From contig CM022666.1 in assembly GCA_012295275.1 (NCBI GenBank), positions 6,944,001 to 7,008,000 on the forward strand: a stretch of 64,000 nt of DNA, given 5' to 3'. Origin of the DNA: Chrysomallon squamiferum. Lineage: Eukaryota; Animalia; Mollusca. A program made the translations under genes and the position numbers. The first letter of the stretch is position 1, and each line of letters opens with the position of its first letter. The notes under the pieces are model-generated. The model saw nothing but the letters and a program-made list of their open reading frames with translations. It did not search any database and was not told the DNA's origin. Of this stretch, positions 14,527-27,809 are shown piece after piece.

Positions 14527-16257
14527 AAACAGAACGAACCCAATACATAAAACCTTATCAAACACATTCTAAACTGAACCACAAATCCACACAATCATCA
14601 AAATCTGTAAACAACACTAAGTTTACCCCCATTCTCCTCTCCCTCTGAGTAACATAAATAAAGAAAAAATTCAAAGATTAAACTTAAGTGGCTTTTAAGA
14701 GCTTCTTTCCTCAAGAATCCCACCATTTCTTTACCAACATCTAAACAGTCTGATCCTACCCAGAACTTTTCCTTCCCAAACATTCAAACAGACAAACCCT
14801 ACACCATCATTTTCTTCCCTAGCATGTAACTAGACACACCACACCCCTTTTCTCCCTAACAACTAAATCGTTAGAAATTACCCCGCCCTTTCCCTCCCCT
14901 AACATCTAAACACCAAACCCGACCCCACCCTTTTCCTCCCTAACCTCTAAACAACATATCCTTTCTAGCACCTGAGCACTGTGTTTCCATGGCTGTGTTT
15001 TCACAGAATGGCCATCACCCATCTCCTGATAACCTCATACAAAAGCCTGCTGGAGCTGTGATAACACTAATAGGCCTCCCTCCCACTTCATGCACTGTTT
15101 TCCTGTATCTCGCACCTGCTATCAGAGAGGTCCGTACTAAATCTACTACAGGTGAAGTCTTTAAAGTGTTTACATACCTCCCAACCATTCAGCTGTCTTA
15201 GAGCTGTGTTTCCTGCATGTGGGGAAGGCAGAAAGAGGAGAAGAAAAAGATGGGGAGGAAAGGAAGGGAATAAAAGGGAATAAAAGGGAAAAGAGAAAGA
15301 GAAGAAAGAGAAGAAAAGGGGGAAAAAAAAAGTCAGAAAAGACAGAAAAGATGGGGGAAGAATGGAAGCTGATAATTATATTTAAAAACATTATTTGTAT
15401 TTTTTGTTTGTTTTTTTCCTGCTAGTCTGTTATCATCTAGGATTAATTAATATTGTTGTGACTCAATGCATTGTTTTCCAAATCTTGCTTACTGAAGATC
15501 ATGAAAAGTAAAAAATGTTTAAGTGCAATATATGTGTGTGTGGGAGTGTTTTAAACAAAAAGAAAAGCTGTATGTTTGAAATTAAAGTGTTGTATGTCTT
15601 GCAGATATAGTTTGAATTTTAAGTATTCAAAAAACACAAGATAAAACAATTAATACATTTGGGATCTATCCAGCAACTGTGTATTAAATTATAAACGACA
15701 TTTCTAAATTTTTATCTGTGACAGCTCTGTAAATTATGTAACTAACAGTGACAACCACCACCACAACAACAGCAACAAGAATCTCAATAATAACCCAACC
15801 TATTAGTATTTATTTAAAAACAGGTTGGAAATGTGCTTCTAATTACTTGTTCATTTGTTTACATGCTGTCTGTCAAATCAAACCTTGTTAAGAAAATGTT
15901 TAGACTGTTACTAGGTAACCTCATGTTTGCAAAATCTGGTTGCTGTAGTGTTTAACTTTAATGTACAGATTATTTAAAAACAAATAAAATAAAACCCCAC
16001 CAGACTTCAGGATATCATTTACAGGTTAGCTTGCTTTGTATTTGAAATGTTAACATTGTCTAATTTTGATAAACAAACATATAACAGTCGTTAATATAAT
16101 TAAAATAAATAAACATTAATTTTTTTTATTAATGTCACTTACTGCTGTTGTAAATATTGTTTTGTTACCATTACTATTACCATTATTATTATTATTATTA
16201 CTATTATTACTATCATTAACATTATTACTGTTATTATATAATTTAATCTGTTCGCAG

Positions 16258-17561
16258 GTCAGTGGTTGTTTGGTCTGGCTCTCTGTGATATTTTCGTCAC
16301 GTCAGATGTGCTGATGTGCACATCGTCAATCCTCCACCTGTGTACTATATCATTAGAACGCTACATCGGCATCCGCTACCCTTTGTGGTCCAAGAACAAA
16401 TCCAAACGAGTGGTGTTGTTAAAAATAATCTTTGTCTGGACAATAGCGATCGCAATAACCAGCCCTATAACCATCCTCGGCGTCCTCAACCCTGAAAACA
16501 TCCTCTACGACGGGCAGTGCGTCCTCAGCAACGACCACTTCATCATCTACGGCTCTACGTTTGCTTTCTTTATTCCTCTCTTGATCATGATACTAATGTA
16601 CACGCTGACTGTAAGGATGTTGAACAAGCAGGCGAGCCTGTGCAACAGCGAGGACAACCACAGAGAGGGTCAGCCGATGATCAGGAGGTCCACAAGCAGA
16701 CGGCAATGGAGGTCAAGGGAAGGTGGCCATCACCTGTCTGCTGCCACCCTCCCTGATCACAAAGACCTCACCTATTCCTGTTCCTTCCCTTCCGCGGGGA
16801 TGAACACAGCCTTCAATGACAACAGCCAGGATGACATTTGTCTGAGGTCAGTCGGTCACAATCAGATGCCTTTCAAATCCCGTAACACGATTCCACGATC
16901 TCACAGGTATGGACGTCATCGTCCTCAAACTGATGCAGATCATCATCATCATCAGAAACAACAACAGCTGCAGCAGCAGCAGCAGAACAACTTTAGCTAC
17001 AGGAACGGCAGTATGCAAGAACTCGCTATGCCGAGTCCGGAAAAGCTAGGCTGCTGTTCGCTGGTTCACCAGAAACGAGAACCAAAACGTTTACGAGATT
17101 TGGTGAAAAAACACCACGTGGCCATCAAAGCTGCTAACCTCTTGCTCCTCAAGCGAGACAGCCTTCGCAAGGACAACAGAGTGAAAACCGAGCAGCGAGC
17201 CTCCAAGGTCCTGGGGGTCGTTTTCCTTATATTCGTCATCTGCTGGGCGCCGTTTTTCATAGCAAACATTCTCTTTGTCGTGTGCAAGACTTGTAGTTTC
17301 GAGCCCACCTTGTGGACGGCCTTTGTGTGGCTGGGCTACGTGTCCAGCACCCTCAACCCAATCATCTACACCATCTTCAACAAGGTGTTCAGGATGACGT
17401 TTATAAAGCTGCTGTGTTGTAGGTACAGCACGCTGCACACTGGACATGGTAGGCAGAGTCTGAACTCTGTGGGCTTTACGAGTCTGAGAACAGTTTTCAG
17501 AAACAGCAACACCTTCTGTGCACCGGGAATCAACACTAGCATTGAGGATTCTGTCTGCTGA
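16258..17561 (+). CDS. HTR2: 5-HT2-type serotonin receptor (gene 1), coding exon 2: TM3-TM7 and C-tail; spliced protein 539 aa
   Basis: TM3 DVLMCTSSILHLCTISLERY (D3.32); TM5 GSTFAFFIP; long ICL3 ending EQRASKVLG; TM6 CWAPFFIAN (W6.48, F6.51, F6.52, N6.55); TM7 WLGYVSSTLNPIIY; helix 8 FNKVFR...CC; stop TGA 17559-17561. Exon lengths 316+1304 = 1620 nt = 540 codons. Confidence 0.95.
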
Positions 17562-17910
17562 TGTTCCATCAACTCCTTAGGATTCTGCTGGTGCACTGTC
17601 AATGGTTTTTACTATTCTGAATTACAGGGATTGTAATGTTGATGTTCTGTCAACAGTTTTTACTATTCTGAATTACAGGGATTGTAATGTTGATGTTCTG
17701 TCAACTCCATAGGATTCTGTTGATGCACTGTCAACAGTTTTTACTATTCTGAATTACAGGGATTGAGGATTCTGTTTGTTGGTGCACTGTCAACAGTTTT
17801 TACTATTCTGAATTACAGGGATTGTAATGTTGATGTTCTATCAACTCCATAGGATTCTGTTGATGCACTGTCAACAATTTTAACTATTCTGAATTACAGG
17901 GATTGATGGT
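17541..17910 (+). repeat. Compound tandem repeat beginning in the last codons and 3' UTR of gene 1
   Basis: ACTATTCTGAATTACAGGGATTG occurs five times (~17611, 17662, 17743, 17802, 17883), interleaved with GGATTCTG.TG.TGCACTGTCAAC modules. Confidence 0.9.
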
Positions 17911-19239
17911 TCAGTCTGTTGAACTGATATTTAGAATTCAGGATTAAGGAATCAGGGACTGAGTGTTCAGTCAATGATAAAATAACTGAGAATTCAGTCA
18001 GCTGATTTGTTATCAAAATGTTCTGTTTCAGGATTAAAGGATTCAGGAATCAAACAGTATTACTATTTTCTGTGATTCACTGACTGAGGATTTACTGTGT
18101 TGATGTCATCACCTGTGAATTAAAGGATTCTTTGATGCAGAGCAGGGCTTAGTAGGATTAACAGAATCAGGATTATAGGATCAAGGATTCACCTAGGTCA
18201 ATGCTTCTATGCCACAGTGAGGATTTAAAATAGGTGCTAAATCAGCTATTCTTGAGTTTTACTGATCAATGCTGTATTGAGGAATGTTTTTAATGATACA
18301 CTGTCAGTGTTTTCAGTTCTGCAAATATCAAGGCAAGGATTCGGTGTGTTGTTTCGCTATCAATCAGTCCAGTCATTGAGGATTAAGTATGTTGAAGTAT
18401 ATCAATATATCTAAAGGATGGAGAAATGAAGTGTGTGATAAAAGTTACTAACAATACTTCACGTGTGATTTCAGTGTTGATTTAATATCAACATTCTTAA
18501 AATATCAACACAGTTAAAGTAAATCTAGTACTGAGCATGTATCATATATTTCGAATTTTGCTGAATGAACAGCACAGCAAAGCAAAGATATTAACATTCA
18601 GTGTACATTGATGTTCTGAGAGTATCAACACAACTTCATGACTGAGATGCTCTTTTTTTGTGATAATGCAGAATCAACAATCCAACTGTAAGGAATCTTC
18701 TGGAAAAATAAAATGTTGATGACAAGGAATGACCCAAAACTGAAATTAGGTACCTATCACAATCTCTCACCTCTGAGTTTTACCTGTAGACACTATGGAA
18801 TGTGTAATCCATGTTTTACAGTTAAAGAAGACAAATATGATATCACTTCTTTACAAATTCATCCCTAGGTGCAAGTTTCTGGAACTCTATTCTTTCACTT
18901 TGGATTATTGGATTAACATTTTCCCTTTTTTTTTTACTTTAACAAAAGAAATTCTGACAGAATGGGAAAAAATATATATATATAAAATATCTGTTATCTA
19001 TTATAATCATCAGATTTGGCCATAATTCATCCACATGGCTTTAGAATAATTAATAAACACATGAACAGTTCAATATGGAAATTTTAGTGTCTTCTGTGCC
19101 AGTCTAGCCATCATAAAAATAATAAAATAAACACTAAATATTTTATAGTGAAAGTTTCTTGTTGATTAAACTTGTCTGTGTGTCTGATGTTGATAATGTT
19201 TGATCAGAATGAAAGCTATTGGCAGAAGTAGCATAGTGA

Positions 19240-19715
19240 TGACAAGGTGAACAAACTAAAACTAGAAGTGAGTATTTGAAAATGAAGAAAACCTAAATGG
19301 CATCAAAGTATCACCTGTGAGCAGTATGGAAAGAAAGTGAGCAGTGTTTGAAAGCAAAGGATTAGTGAGCACTGAGTGAGCAAAATGAAACTAGGAGTGA
19401 GTAGTTGACTTAGCAAACAAAATGAAATGTGAATTGAGAGCAAAATATCTGAAACCAAAAAATCCCCAAAACTGAAATAATTTCATGTGAGCAAAATGGA
19501 ACTGTAAGTGAATGTTTAAAATCAAAGAAAACAACTGGCATCAACATGTGAATAATGAGCACTAGGTGAGCAAATTGAAACTAGAAGTGAGTGACTGAAA
19601 TCAAAGAAAACAGAACTAGCATCAACACGTTAGTGATGAGTACAAGGTGAGCAAATCAACATATTTGAACAGTGAGAACTTGGTGAGCAAAATGAAACCA
19701 AAGAAAAATGTGAAA
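19240..19715. repeat. Degenerate tandem repeat with a GTGAGCAAAATGAAACTAGAAGTGAGT core
   Basis: Core recurs ~6-7 times with substitutions. Confidence 0.65.
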
Positions 19716-20570
19716 TGGAATTGATAAGTAATTAGCATGAACACAGTATGGACACTATTTATTTAAAAATAAATACATAAATGATCAAATTTTTTTAAAC
19801 TGAAATGAAGAAAATGGAACTGCTGTGTTGTTTGTGAATGAAAAAATGTCAGCAGATACAAAAAGTGTTGCACAAAGATGATTGATGCAATTGTTGTCAT
19901 TTATACAAAAGAAAATTTGCTTCATCTCAAGTGTACTTTATTTTTAAACACTGTTATTTCTGTGACATTTTATGTAATTTAAAAAATAACAACAACTCTA
20001 AAGCCCCATAAAACATCAAAATGAAATGAAATAGAAAAAATATTTATACTGTATAATCCATTCATACTAGAAAGATTGAAAAAAGGGAGAAGAGGGAGAA
20101 AATAATTGTGTGAATTTTTGCTTAATTTTAAAAAGATATGAATTGTTAACAACAAAACAATAACTATTTTTACTATTTTAAATTAATATTCATATCTTTA
20201 AATTACAAAATAAATTTATTATCAAAAAAATGAATTAAATGAAACTGATTTAAATTATTTCAAATTTTAATTCTATTCTATTCCATTATTTATTTAAAAA
20301 AATTAATAGTAATATTAATCAAATAATGTAAATCTATTTTATTATTACTAATTTATTATTAATTTAATATATGTATTTTTTCTATTCCACTTTTTTTATA
20401 TATTGTTTTTTTTATTTACCTACTTATTTCGTTTTATTTTATTAAAAATTTAAGCCTGGTAGTTTCACTTTCAGTTTTAAAGGTTCAAGGCAAATGAAAT
20501 TTAAATTTGAAGGCTAAATAAAACTGATGTATTAAAAGTGAGAGTGAAATGGTAAGTTGAAGAGTAGCAG

Positions 20571-20680
20571 AATAAATAAAATCCATTCAGAATGATAACG
20601 AGTTTGTGATGTGTTTAATTTGTGTCAAATTAAATGAAATAAAAACAATTTCATTCAAATATGTGTTGTTTTATGTTTAC
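20571..20680 (+). terminator. Candidate polyadenylation signals for gene 1
   Basis: AATAAA at 20571/20575 and 20638, each followed by GU/U-rich tracts (GTTTGTGATGTGTTT; TGTGTTGTTTTATGTTT). Other AATAAA sites occur earlier (e.g. ~19052, ~19121), so the true site is undetermined. Confidence 0.3.
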
Positions 20681-22124
20681 AACCCAACACACACACACAC
20701 ACACAAAAAGACCAAACCTACAATGGCCAGAATATTATTCTGAATTGGCAAAATAAAATTTCAGCTTTTGTAAAAAAAATAAAATAACAAAACTGATGAG
20801 AATACTTGCAAGGATTAAGAACATACATTTTTACAATTAATTCACAGACCTAAAATAATAAATCACTTCAGAGACTTTTTCATTAAAATAAAAAGCTGTT
20901 GATTAGGACAAAAGGCAAGGCATTGGCTAAAAACCATTATCATCAATTTTTTTTTTTTTCACATTTTATATGTTGAAAACATCTGCAGTTCAAAAAGTAA
21001 AGACACAAACAAGGACACAACAGGGACTGGTCAGGGTATTAAACACAATCCACAATTTCCGGCAGTTCTTATAGCATTATTCTGCACATACATCTTTACT
21101 TTGGTTAAAACTGAAATATAAATAAGAAAAAAAAAACACACAAGGAAACAAGGCAGAAACTGGTTGAGTTTTGACAACATTCTGCACACTACAGTCATAG
21201 TGTGTACTCTGCTTCATATCTGTGAGAAATAATCAACTTTTATCACAACAAAGATCACTGCACCAGAAAAACTGCTAATAACACCATGCTAAGTATTCAC
21301 CAATCACCAATCAAACCTTTCAACCCTGGAGTTTAATCTCAGTTTATTTACTTTATGAAGCAAACTGACAAACTGTCTGTCTGTCTGTCTGTGCATCACT
21401 GTGCATGTACGACCAAGTAAAAAGAAATTGCATTTAAATCATCATTTCTTTCAAGCATTTGGCCTCAATCGATTCTCTCAGGCAGACTTTAAAAAAAATA
21501 TATATATATGTCTATTACATCAGTGAATGCATTAAATGAATCCACAGAATGGAATGATTAAACGATATGAAACTTTAACAGTCTGCAACTGGCTGTATGA
21601 AGAATGTGACTATTCACCAGAAAAACATTGGATAAAACATCAGTAAGATGTTTAATAGTCTTGCTAGGCACCTGACAAAGAACTTAATGTCATTATTACG
21701 ATGGTGGATGAAGATAATATTTAACAAGAGGATATGAAAGAAGTTAATGGCGCTGTGAGAAGGTATTAAGTAACACAATACAGAGGCAATTAAATCACAC
21801 AAAATAAACATACTTAATGACTCGTCTGTGTAGTTTTCTATGAACAGATATCAGTTATGTCTTTGTTTACTGTATTTATTTATTAATCTGCATTATTATT
21901 ATTCTTTTAGGTGTTCATTTATTATTATTATTATCATTACTACTACTACTACTACCAGAATAATATTTATTTATTTATTATTATTATTATTATTTTATAT
22001 AATAAATAATTCACTCATTGCAAAAACTATTCTTCTGTTCAGCAGCAAGGGTTTTCTTATATACCCCCTTTCACAGTGAGAAAATATTTTTATTTTTTAA
22101 AATAAACCATTAATGTGGCATAGG

Positions 22125-22415
22125 CTGAATTGGGAAACTGGAGCCTCAGTTAAAAATGGAAACACATCTGGAATTGGAAATTAGACAACAGCTGAACTAA
22201 AAAAAACTAGTTACCAGTTAAAAATGGATATGAGAGAAACAGTTGGAACTGGAAATAGGAACAGCAGCTGAAATTAGATTAAGCAAAAAAGCAATAATTT
22301 GGAAACAGGTACATCAGTTGGAACTGGACATAAGAGCAAGAGCATCAACTGAAAATGAAAGGACTAGTTTGAAAACACGAAATGAGAGCATCAGTTAGAA
22401 CTGGAAACAGGTGGT
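22125..22415. repeat. Degenerate short-period repeat with a CAGTTGGAACTGGAAA core
   Basis: About 10 diverged copies read directly. Confidence 0.6.
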
Positions 22416-23011
22416 CCAAAGATAATTATTCTTGCAGGTTATCTTAACATGGTCAAAGACACTATAAACTACTTTTCACAGAAGTAAATACAGGTGGCAG
22501 CACAATAAAACAATACAAGTGCTTTCTGAAGTAACAGCATTATTCTGTTTGGCTGTTACAAAATGGTGAATACTTGTTTTGTAAAGTGAAGGGTAAACAC
22601 AGAGAAACGAGCTGACGTTTTCTTACAACACACTCAGTTTGTGAAGATTTTTATTCTTCTTTATTTACTTAGTTTTTATTTATTTTTATTTTTTTGTTTT
22701 ATATATCTGTGTATATATTATATATATAAATATATATGTATACATACATCACTTCTGGTTTAATTAACACAGAGTTTGGATTTTTCTTTCTGTGTATTTG
22801 TTGTTCAGTTGAATACATTAGCTCTTAATGTATTTGTTAGGATGTTTCTCTCTTTATGTATTTTTAGAAAATGTATTATTATTATTAATTTTTTTTAATA
22901 TAAAATATGAATTCAAGTTTAATTGTTATTTAATATTTAAGATATTTTTCTATATATATATTTATATATATATATTTATATTCTTAATAAATAAATAAAT
23001 AAATAAATAAA

Positions 23012-23012
<1 letters not shown>

Positions 23013-23092
<80 letters not shown>
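23013..23092. repeat. (ATT)n microsatellite
   Basis: Direct reading; similar tracts at 54141-54215 and 62048-62124 (AAT/GAT). Confidence 0.95.
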
Positions 23093-23094
<2 letters not shown>

Positions 23095-23707
23095 TTTTTA
23101 AAATCTGTTCCAATTAAAATGAGACATCTCCTTCTTCCTGGAATTAACTTTCTTTTCTTTGTTTCTCTTTTACGGGTTAAATTTTTCTCTGGAATTTATC
23201 ATTTTTCTTTTCATTTATAAATGAAAATACTAAGGTCTGATCCAGTGACCCAAGAACTTATTATAAACAATTCCTCTGTCACAGAACCATACACAGTGTC
23301 TGTGTACCACTGACAGCAGATATTTAAAATCAAAATAGTTTTTCCAAAAGTGAAAACTAAATTAAATTACCCAGTCTGCTCAATAACAGTTTATTTAATT
23401 AAATCTTCACTGTTTGTCCCATTGTCCAAAATAAGTCAATTTCAAAGTGAAGTGGACACTGGGTGAACACAGGGGGTGAGTCGGATGTGTGATGGGCTGC
23501 AGGATCAATGCTCTGTTGAGTCACAACTGGAAGATTTCACAGACAGAATTAATTTACTTTGATTGGCTTATCTAACAATCAGTCTGTTAAAGGTTATGGT
23601 ATGTGCTAAAGTGCATCCACAAGAAGAGACCTTTTCTTTCCTTTTGGCTAATGATAAACAGATTTTTTTTTTTTTTTCTCTCTGAATACTGTCAGAATTA
23701 GTAAAGA

Positions 23708-23960
23708 TGTTGACACAGTATCACTGATGGAAAAATTAATCAATGTGTTCTAGTGATATAATTAAACAAATGTCTGACACACAATAACTGATGATAGAAA
23801 ATTAATCAATATGTTCTAGTGATATCATTAAACAAATGTTTGACACACAATAACTGATGATAGATAAATTAATCAATCTGTTCTAGTTATGTCATAAAAC
23901 AAATGTTAGACATACAATAACTGATGACAGAAAATTAACAAATTTACTAAAGTGATATCC
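23708..23960. repeat. ~68-bp tandem repeat, ~3.5 copies
   Basis: TGACACACAATAACTGATGATAGAAAATTAATCAATATGTTCTAGTGATATCATTAAACAAATG unit. Confidence 0.9.
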
Positions 23961-24708
23961 TAAAGATGATAAAAGAAAATGGAATTAACCTATTCTGCTG
24001 ATGCTTTCATGCAAGCCTGATATCTAGAACACATGCCTGACAATTAACTGATAATCTCTATTGCCATTTTTAAATATAAATTTTATATATCCAGTAATCT
24101 GAATGGTCTAAAATTAATCAGTGTGTTCTGCTGGTTTCCTTAAGCAAATGCTGAAGTCCTGCCATTTCTGGATGTGAACCAACTGATGTACTGTAACAAA
24201 CTGAACTAACATCAGAGTACTATGAACTGAACTGACAACTTCACTCAGTTTCAGGTTTTAATTAATTTCTCATTACAAACTGACCAGTGGCCATTATTCT
24301 TCTCAAGTTTTTCCTTTAAAGAGTTTCACGTTAGTTTTGCAAGACTTCAAAGTTAAAATGACACCTTAATTATTTCTTCGTTTTCTTTCTTTCTTTCATA
24401 AACTGATTAAGAAGCAGCTAAAAAAGAATAAAGAAGAAGAAAAGATCATTTATTTAATGAAAAAAAAAATAATAAAAAAAAAAAAAAAAGAAAGGTTTTT
24501 CTGTTTTTGTAACAGATGCAGAATACTGTAAAAGAAAACAAATTTGAAAATAAAGTAAAAAATCAACTTTAGTATTCATCTTTAAGAGTGTTGTCTTTCA
24601 AATATTAAAACAATAATAATAAAATAAAAAGTAGTAATAATAATAATACAAAAAATAAAAAAGAAGAAAAATAAAACGAAGGTGTGAAAATGACCTTTTT
24701 TCTATTCT

Positions 24709-24745
<37 letters not shown>

Positions 24746-24756
24746 TCCCTCTCCCT

Positions 24757-24865
<109 letters not shown>

Positions 24866-26781
24866 TCCCTCTCTCTCATTTAAAAAAACAAGAACAAGAA
24901 GTCAGTCAATACCATTCCCCACAAGACCAGTTTGCCATGTGCTACATCTCTAAAGACAAACAGTAGATATCCAACATATAAAAATTCATGAGCTTAATTT
25001 TCAGTCAAGATCCATCTGGACTGTGTTGTAGTTGTTGTTGTTGCCATCATTGTAGGCTAATTGCTGACAGTCATGTAATGTCATTTTGTGAGATCAGAGA
25101 TCAATAGAGGAGTCAAAGAACACAAAATGTCATTCACCTTTTAGTTAGACTTTTAGCAGCACGTAGGAAATCGGCTATCCAACAATGAATAAAACAAAAT
25201 GAGAAATGAATAAATGATTTAGTAACAACTCGACACATCTGACTGTCATTACTTTCCTGTCAGAGGCAGCATTTCTTAATGAAAATCTGTTAACCGACCG
25301 AAAATCAAATAATTAGTATCTTAAAATATCCCTGTACAGTTGACAGTAATTACGTAGAAGCGACTGGAATGGGAAATTAAGTAACAGGTATGTTATGTGA
25401 AAGACTGACTGTACTGATTGGTGACATGCTTTGTGTGCTTGAACCTCTTGCAAAACAAACTGATTAAAACTTGTGTGAACATAATGTTCAGAGAAATGAA
25501 ACGACTCATAAACACAAATATCCTCACCTATTCACACATAAAGATCCACATATGCGTGCACACACATATACACACCTATTATTTCACACATACACATGCA
25601 TATATGTGTACACACACTCTCACAGACACACATACACTTTCACTCATACAGAAACAGATATGAATGAATAAAAAAATCATTTAATATTGAATTTAATTCA
25701 TCAAATGAAAATGAATAATTAAACAATATAAAAATAAAAATATAACAATAAATTAACAAAAATAAAAAATATAAATAGCTACAAGTAAACATAAATAATA
25801 ATATAAGTAAATATAAGTAAATGAAAAATAAACTTAATTTGCCAGTGCCTAATATCCAATCCAAAGAATTAAGATAAATGGAAAAAAAAAAAAAAAAAGA
25901 TATTACCCAATCAGATCTTGGGTTGGAACAAAAAATATAACCCAAGTTGTCATAGCAATGATGATTTATTAATCCTTCACATTTATATTTCTATTTTTTC
26001 ATTAAATGAAAGAAGGAAAAAAACACACCCAAAAACCAACAGTAGTTATAATTCTAGCTCACGGGGACTAATTGCGTCAAATCAAAAAACAATCATCATG
26101 AAAAATGATGTCTATTAATGATAAAAAAAATACAAAAATGATCCTGGGAAATATTTACAACTTGTCAATAGCAATATGTGAACAGTTATTGAGATCCCAA
26201 GGGCCATAACTCTGCCAAACGCCCGTCCATAATATGCAAATTTATACAATGGCAAAGAAACAATAATTCAGCATTCTGAATCCCAATATGAAAACTCTCT
26301 CCTAAGGGCAAAAAAAAAACAGGAACACTGAAGCTGACAAAAGCTGACAGTTTGCACACAGTGTACGAATATTTCACATTAGAAATAATATCAATTCATA
26401 CCAGCTTAAACAAGCTCTATGTACTAAAAGGAAAAAGGAATATACCATTATCAAGATGTATAAAAAAAAACTGTTAAAAATAAACAAACAAATAAATAAA
26501 TAATAATAAAAAAATTTTAAAAATTAATAAATAATTAAGTAAATAAACTTATAATTTTTTTGTTTGAATTTAAATTATTGAAATAAAAAAAATTAAAAAA
26601 TGAACTTAAAATTAAAATGAGAAAACAAAATACAAATGGAAAATGAAAAAAATAAAATAAAATTCAAAGCTTCTAAATTTTTATTTTCAGTACAAAATCA
26701 TAAATTTAACAAACTGTATATTAAGATGTTTAATTTTTTTATTTCTTTAAATTTTATTACAAAAACAATTATAGAACCACA

Positions 26782-27010
26782 AATGTTTCTAATTAAAAAG
26801 GAAAACCATTAACATAAATATCAACAAAAGTTTAGGACATTTCATGCCAGCTCTTCCCCCAAAAAAAAAAAAATAAAAAAATAAAAAAATTCTGGAAATT
26901 CTAATGAAAAAAATAATCTTTAATATGATTATCAAAACTTTAATGTTTCTAATTAAAAATGAAAACCATTAACATAAATATCAACAAAAGTTTAGCACAT
27001 TTCATGTCAG

Positions 27011-27053
<43 letters not shown>

Positions 27054-27111
27054 TTACTGGAAAATTCTAATAAAAAATAATAAAATTGTTTTAATATTAT
27101 TATCAAAACTT
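26782..27111. repeat. Direct tandem duplication of ~160 bp
   Basis: AATGTTTCTAATTAAAAA.GAAAACCATTAACATAAATATCAACAAAAGTTTAG.ACATTTCATG.CAG at 26782 and 26942; both copies end in TTATCAAAACTT and differ in internal homopolymers. Confidence 0.9.
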
Positions 27112-27648
27112 GACATAAATACCAAAATTAACTACATCTATATTTTATACAGCTCATCTTTGCTATCAGCTTATCTCGCTATTACTCAAGTAACAGGACT
27201 ATTAATGTTAAACATTAAACTATCCTAAAAGCTGTAGTTATGTTTTAAAGCTTAACATTTCAAGGTTTATATATTCCACACAAAATCTTTTTTTGTACTT
27301 TTTTGTTGTTTTTTTGAATTAGAAAATTTCAAGAAATTAAAAATAAATTTACAATTTTTGGATGAGTAAAATATGTTTTACCTATAAAATGCTGGATATG
27401 TGTTGGCATTTTCTTTCTTTATTTCTTTCTTTTTTTATATATTTTATGAAATGAGGTAGAGAACTTTTCAAGTCGATTAAGTATGTTTTACATCACTTTA
27501 TTTTTTTTTAAATAAAAAATTGGGTTTATTTTATTTAGTACAAACACATATCTCAAAATTTGAAGACAACTTCTAAGGCTAAATAAAATATATTAAAAAA
27601 AAAATGATTTTTTTAGACAGAAGCAGAGATAAAAGATCTGAGTGACAG

Positions 27649-27649
<1 letters not shown>

Positions 27650-27704
<55 letters not shown>

Positions 27705-27718
27705 GAGATAGTGAAAGA

Positions 27719-27768
<50 letters not shown>

Positions 27769-27774
27769 GAGAGG

Positions 27775-27805
<31 letters not shown>
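27650..27805. repeat. (GT)n(GA)n compound microsatellite
   Basis: Direct reading. Confidence 0.95.

Positions 27806-27809
<4 letters not shown>

Noticed and set aside
16355-16395. HTR2C-like A-to-I editing site in ICL2 (ERYIGIRYPL)
   Set aside because: Editable adenosines exist, but I found no adjacent intron or complementary sequence to form the duplex; unsupported without RNA data.
16266-17561. Stand-alone 431-aa ORF starting at TTG
   Set aside because: It lacks TM1-2; it is exon 2, entered by splicing at 16258.
17559-17636. Stop-codon readthrough extension (24 codons after TGA)
   Set aside because: Context is TGA-T rather than TGA-C(TAG), and the extension is repeat-derived.
17600-17910. 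CRISPR-like repeat-spacer appearance (also at 39689-40230)
   Set aside because: Eukaryotic context, the spacers are themselves repeated, and there are no cas genes.
27011-27055. Perfect T-run/A-run hairpin
   Set aside because: Adjacent homopolymer expansions within a duplication; no information content.
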